From positions 558,001 to 622,000 of the forward strand of contig AP026138.1 of the NCBI GenBank assembly GCA_030295235.1: a stretch of DNA of 64,000 nt, written 5' to 3'. The notes under the pieces are model-generated. The model did not search any database. It saw only the letters and a list, made by a program, of their open reading frames with translations, and was not told the origin of the DNA. Origin of the DNA: Fistulifera solaris. Its lineage: Eukaryota. A program made the translations under genes and the position numbers. Below, piece after piece: positions 58,378 through 64,000 of the stretch (position 1 is the stretch's first letter; each line of letters begins with the position of its first letter).

Positions 58378-61300
58378 ATGGTTACGCAAAATCAACGACG
58401 ACAAAGAGCTGTCGTCTCCTTGTTGGTGATGATGTGCACATCGGTTGTGTCACAAAATGTCGAGTGCCGACTAAAGCCAGATGAGTCCGGAGCGCTCAAG
58501 TACGTTTGTGAAGTCGATCAACCACTCCCGATGGTAAATGTCATTACAAACAACTCGTCCGAAGCGCCGACGGCAGCACCCACCGTAACAATGCGAACGA
58601 TCGTTCCTCAATTGCAGTATCTCGGTGAACCCGTCAATATTCAAACTCCCTTAGAAAACTGTCAAGGCGACTGCGACACTGACTGGGACTGCGGATACGG
58701 TCTTAATTGTTTCCATCGCCGCGCCAAAGAGCCCGTGCCGGGATGCGGAAGAGATGGAATTCGAGCCGTGGATTACTGCTATATTCCTCGGCCGGGCGAG
58801 CTTGTTGTGGTTGGATCAAACTCGACTTCCAACATTTTTTATCCGTTTGGGCAATGTGAAGGTCATTGTGAGAGCGACGCGGATTGTATCTCGGGGTTGC
58901 AGTGTTTTGTTCGTGATGATTTCGAAGCAGTACCTGGTTGTACAGGGGTCGGTGCTCAAGGAACAAACTACTGCTACCTCGCCCCTCCGAGCGATCAACC
59001 TTCTTCCGTACCATCCGATCAGCCTTCCGACGTACCATCGCTAACTCCTTCCGTAGAATTATCTGCAGTACCGTTCTCTGCAATGTCCGTCACACCGAGC
59101 ACAGAGGTCTTTGTTGAGACAGAAGGTACACGCTTCCGTTTTGCCGGCTTCCCTCCTCATAATCCTCTACTGGGTATGTGTGAAGGTCACTGTGCTTCCG
59201 ATGCGGATTGCGAACTCGGATTGGTTTGTGAGCGACGCGTTGAATTTGATAAAATGTCAAGTTGCTCGGGAGTAGGAATGATTGGTGTAAATTACTGTGT
59301 GGAGCCTCAGGATGGTCAGTTGAGATTGATCGGAAACGAGAAAGACGCGTTGCATTTTCCCTACGGAATGTGTGAAGGTCATTGTACATGTAGCCTGGAT
59401 TGTCGTGCCGGCTTGCAATGTTTCCGCCGCGATGATGTTGAAAGTGTTCCGGGATGCAGTGGTAGTGGTGCTTCTGGAAGAAATTACTGCTACGATCCCG
59501 ACGATTCTGACTTTGATGGATCTGAAGTGAAGACAGCATCGCCTTCCGTGATGGAATCCTCAGCGATAGTCAGCGATTATCCCAGTGATTCGCCCAGCGA
59601 TCTTCCCAGCGAAATGCCCAGCGATCTACCAAGTGATTCGCCGAGTACAGTAACCTCCGACTACCCTTCTTCCGAGCCAAGTCAAAGTCCAGTGTTGTTT
59701 CGGCCCACAGAAGGAAATTCGTATCGCCCGAGCTTGACCCCATCCCTTCGTCCCTCGATTCATCCATCGGCTTCGCCATCGTCAGTGCCAAGTATCCATC
59801 AATCAGGGGCTCCATCTCAACAGAAAACCATGACCCCTACGAGCTTTAGAGGAAATGATCTGGAAGAGTCAAGTGTCCCTACTTTTGAGCCCTCGACTGT
59901 AGCATTGTCGGATCCTCCGTCGATTGTCCATACTAACGAACAATCGTCTATTCCGACTTCCACACAAGATTCAAGGGTACCATCTGCATCTCCCAGTGTC
60001 TTTATTGGTTCTATCGCACCGTCAAGTACTCCTTCGGTGGCTCCAGCTGAAACTGAAAGCTCAAAACCTTCAACAGTCACGTCCGGTACGCCTTCAATAG
60101 CACCGACAGTGCAACAATCTTCTGAGCCCTCTGCAGAACCTTTATCAATGTCGCCGTCGAAAATTTCCAGTACCGTGCCATCAAATGTCGCCTCTTCGAG
60201 CGTCCCCTCAGCTCCACCCTTCGTTCAGCAATCGTCGGAGCCGTCTGTTAAAGCCACTTCTTTGTCACCATCCGCGGTGCCATCGGTCGCAGCCACTTCG
60301 AATGTACCGTCACTTTTACCTTCCGTCCTGCAATCGTCAGAGCCCTCTCGAACTACCTCTTCGGCACCTTCTGGCTCACCCTCCACCGCGGCCACTACGA
60401 ATGCACCGTTAGTAATACCTTCCGTTCGGGAATCATCCGATCCCACTGTGCAAGCAGCCCCATCCGATGTTCCAAGTGCCGCGCCATCAAATAATCGGTC
60501 CATTCAAGTGTCACCTGAACCCTCAGTGCCCTCAGTGAAGACCAGTTCCTTGGTCCCGTCTGATACTCCCAGTGCCGCTCCATCAATCAGAAGGTCTGTC
60601 CAAGAATCAGCTGAACCCTCAGTGAAAACCACTTCATTGGCGCCGTCCGACAGGCCAAGCACGACGCCATCATCTTCGCCCTCTGTTCGGGAATCGATCG
60701 AACCTTCAGTGAAGACTCCTTCAGTTGTCCCTTCTGATATTCCGAGTGCCGAGCCATCAGATGTACGATCCATTCAACCTTCAGCTGAACCTTCAGAGAA
60801 AGGTACTTCAATCGCTTCGTCCGACAGTCCCAGCACTTTGCCATCGATTACGGTCGCTTCGAATACACCAACATCTCTGCCTTCTGTTCGAGAATCATTC
60901 GAGCCCTCAGTGGACAAAACACCATTAGCTCCTTCTGATATTCCGAGTGCGGCGCCATCAAATGTACGGTCAATCGGAGTGTCAGACGAGCCCTCAGTGA
61001 CATCCATTTCGATGGCTCCGTCCGACAACCCAAGCGCTTTGCCATCAATTGCTGCTACTTCGGATGCTCCATCGTTTTCACCTTCCATTCAGGAATCGTT
61101 CAACCCCTCAGTAAAGATTACTTCATCAGCTCCTTCTGATATTCCGAGTGCCGCGCCGTCGAATGTACGATCCATCGAAGTGTCAGACGAGCCCTCAGTG
61201 TCATCCATTTCGATGGCTCCGTCCGACAACCCAAGCACTTTGCCATCGATTGCTGCTACTTCGGATACTCCCTCGCTGTTACCTTCTGTAACTACATCCG

Positions 61301-64000
61301 ATGTACCAAGTGCTGCGCCGTCAATTGAAGCCGATTCGGATGTCCCCTCGCCAACGCCGTCGTACAAATACTCTGACTCTCCAAGTGATGTGCCTTCAGT
61401 TGCAGGTTCTTCGGATTTACCATCACTATCGCCGTCTGTCAATCACTCTTTTGAACCCTCAATCGGAGCAAAATCGTCGGCGCCATCAATGCTCGGTAAC
61501 AATCAAGTTGGAGATAACTCTGATGCGCCTAGTTCTGTCCCTACACCCGTGGCTGCAGGGTCAAAGGAGCTTGAATACTTAGGATTGCCTCCCTATGTTG
61601 ACGCCCGTCTTTCCGAGTGCCAGGGTGACTGTGACAGCGACCTCGATTGTGACTTTGGGCTGAACTGTTTTAGGCGAATTGCATTTGAGCCTGTTCCAAA
61701 TTGTCTAGGAACCGGTATCAGAGCGATAGATTATTGCTACGTCCCACCTTCCGGTCATTTGGTTGTGACTGACATTGGGGCTAATATATCTTTGAATAAA
61801 TGCGAAGGGCATTGTAGGACCGATTCGGATTGTGTTGGCGCGCTGAAATGCTTCCAGCGGCAATATCTACAGGAAGTTCCCGGATGCTATGGGCTCGGTG
61901 CTGTTGGTACCGACTACTGTTACGATCCCAACGACGAGGTCCCATCCAATCCAAACTTGCTACGTTCGCAGTTTCCTTCAGATGCTCCATCGCAACTGCC
62001 TTCTGATGAACCATCCTCTGTACCTTCAACAATACCGACAACAGCCTCGCCATCTACATTCCGAGACAACCAAATTGGAGACAGGTCCGACGCGCCAAGT
62101 GACCTCCCCTCGCCCGCAGTCGAAGGGTCGAAAGAACTCGAACTTATCGGTAGACCTCCCTTCGGTGACGATCGCTTAGACGAGTGCCAGGGAGACTGTG
62201 ACAGCGACCTTGATTGTGGCTTTGGGTTGAACTGCTTCCGGCGATTGTCTGCTGAGCCTGTGCCAGGATGCACAGGGAGTGGTATGGAAGGCGCCAACTA
62301 TTGCTACGTACCACCTCCAGGTCGCTTGGTTGTAACAGGTACGGGGCCCGATCTTTCGCTGGAAAAGTGCGAGGGTCACTGCGAGGACGATTCGGATTGT
62401 ACTGGTAAACTGAAATGCTTCAAGCGCCTGTATCTTCAAGAAGTTCCTGGATGTGATGGTCTTGGTGCCGTTGGTATGAACTATTGTTATGATCCGGAAC
62501 ACGTCAATGAGGTCGAACCGCCATCGCTTAGTCCAGCAGCTTCGCTCTCGTATTTTCCAAGTGATGTTCCAACGAGTGTGATTGCCTCAGATATCCCCTC
62601 TAGAGCCACGGAGTCTGATATCCCCTCGAGCTTGTTTACTTCCGATCTTCAATCGCGCGTTCCCTCCGATGTTCCTTCCACCATAACCACTTCCGATGTT
62701 CCATCACAACTGCCTTCTGATGAACCATCCTCCGTACCTTCAACAATACCGACAACAGCCTCGCCATCTACATTCCGAGACAACCAATTTGAAGACAGGT
62801 CCGACGCGCCAAGTGACCTCCCCCTCGCCCGCAGTCGAAGGGTCGAAAGAACTCGAGCTTATCGGTAGACCTCCCTTCGGTGACGATCGCTTAGACGAGT
62901 GCCAGGGAGACTGTGACAGCGACCTTGATTGTGGCTTTGGGTTGAACTGCTTCCGGCGATTGTCTGCTGAGCCTGTGCCAGGATGCACAGGGAGTGGTAT
63001 GGAAGGCGCCAACTATTGCTACGTACCACCTCCAGGTCGCTTGGTTGTGACAGGTACGGGGCCCGATCTTTCGCTGGAAAAGTGCGAGGGTCACTGCGAG
63101 GCCGATTCGGATTGTGCAGGTGAATTGAAATGCTTCAAGCGACTTTATCTTCAAGAAGTTCCAGGATGTGACGGTCTTGGTGCCGTTGGTATGAACTATT
63201 GTTATGATCCGGAACACGTCAATGAAGTCGAACCGCCATCGCTTAGTCCAGCAGCTTCGCTCTCGTATTTTCCAAGTGATGTTCCCACGAGTGTAATTGT
63301 CTCAGATGATCCTTCCACCGCATTGGCTTCTGATGATCCATCATCCGTACCTTCAGGGTTTCCCTCTGCTTTTGGCAATCAGAACGAAGACAAGTCTGAC
63401 GCGCCTAGTGACTTCCCCCCTCACGCGAGGTCGAAGGGTCGAAAGAACTCGAGTTTATCGGTAGACCTCCCTTCGGCGATGACCGCTTAGACGAGTGCCA
63501 GGGAGACTGTGACAGCGACCTTGATTGTGGCTTTGGGTTGAACTGCTTCCGGCGATTGTCTGCTGAGCCTGTGCCAGGATGCACCGGGAGTGGAATGGAA
63601 GGCGTCAACTATTGCTACGTTCCACCTCCAGGTCGCTTGGTTGTAACAGGTACGGGGCCCGATCTTTCGCTGGAAAAGTGCGAAGGACACTGCGAGGCCG
63701 ATTCGGATTGTGCTGGTAAACTGAAATGCTTCAAACGCCTGTATCTTCAAGAAGTTCCCGGATGTGATGGTCTAGGTGCCATCGGCATCAACTATTGCTA
63801 CGATGCAATTGAAGCAACTGACAGTGATATGCCTTTTGCATTCCCCTCATCCGCCCCATCTTTGGTTGGAGTAGTGTCTATGAATCCAGTTACAAGTGGA
63901 ACTGTTCACCCGACAGGACTTTCATTGGCTTGTAATATGGACATCAATCAACGAAGAGTCGGAATCACACAAGTGATTCAAACGGTGTCCTCTGCGGAAA
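58378..64000 (+). CDS. Very large frustulin-like cell-wall protein: 12 acidic cysteine-rich (ACR) domains and S/P/T-rich spacers (3'-partial; two apparent frameshifts)
   Basis: Hydrophobic N-terminus; repeated C(Q/E)G(D/H)C..D.DC..GL.CF...VPGC.G.G....YCY domains; PSxxPS spacers. Frame shifts at C runs near 62820 and 63417. The last frame is open to the window end. Confidence 0.92.

Overview
Gene-dense eukaryotic nuclear DNA, very probably from a (pennate) diatom. The evidence is short GT-AG introns, several bipartite plastid-targeting presequences (signal peptide followed by F/W/Y at +1) and a frustulin-type cell-wall gene. About 29 protein-coding genes are supported: three clustered MORN-repeat genes, an HMG-box factor, C9orf78-like, RbfA-like, Mpv17, TIM44, two convergent PebA-lineage bilin reductases, quinone oxidoreductase, LSM8, NDUFA3, SEC20-like, a plastid-targeted six-repeat disordered protein, URB1/Npa1, a PPR protein, EAPP, eIF3k, an EF-hand protein, TRAPPC4, a four-TM protein, NDUFB2, DUF819, an ABC1 kinase, an ArgA-like protein with no acetyltransferase domain, a subtilisin, and a very large frustulin running off the window. 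Many genes are split by single-base frameshifts at homopolymers, which looks like long-read assembly error. Intergenic DNA carries several palindrome-rich tandem arrays (208 bp, 34 bp, 2x213 bp) and a dispersed hairpin motif. The best candidates for new biology are the plastid repeat protein (possible pyrenoid/Rubisco linker), the divergent PebA-like pair, the AAK-only ArgA-like protein and the palindromic array families. All calls come from reading the sequence; no searches were run.
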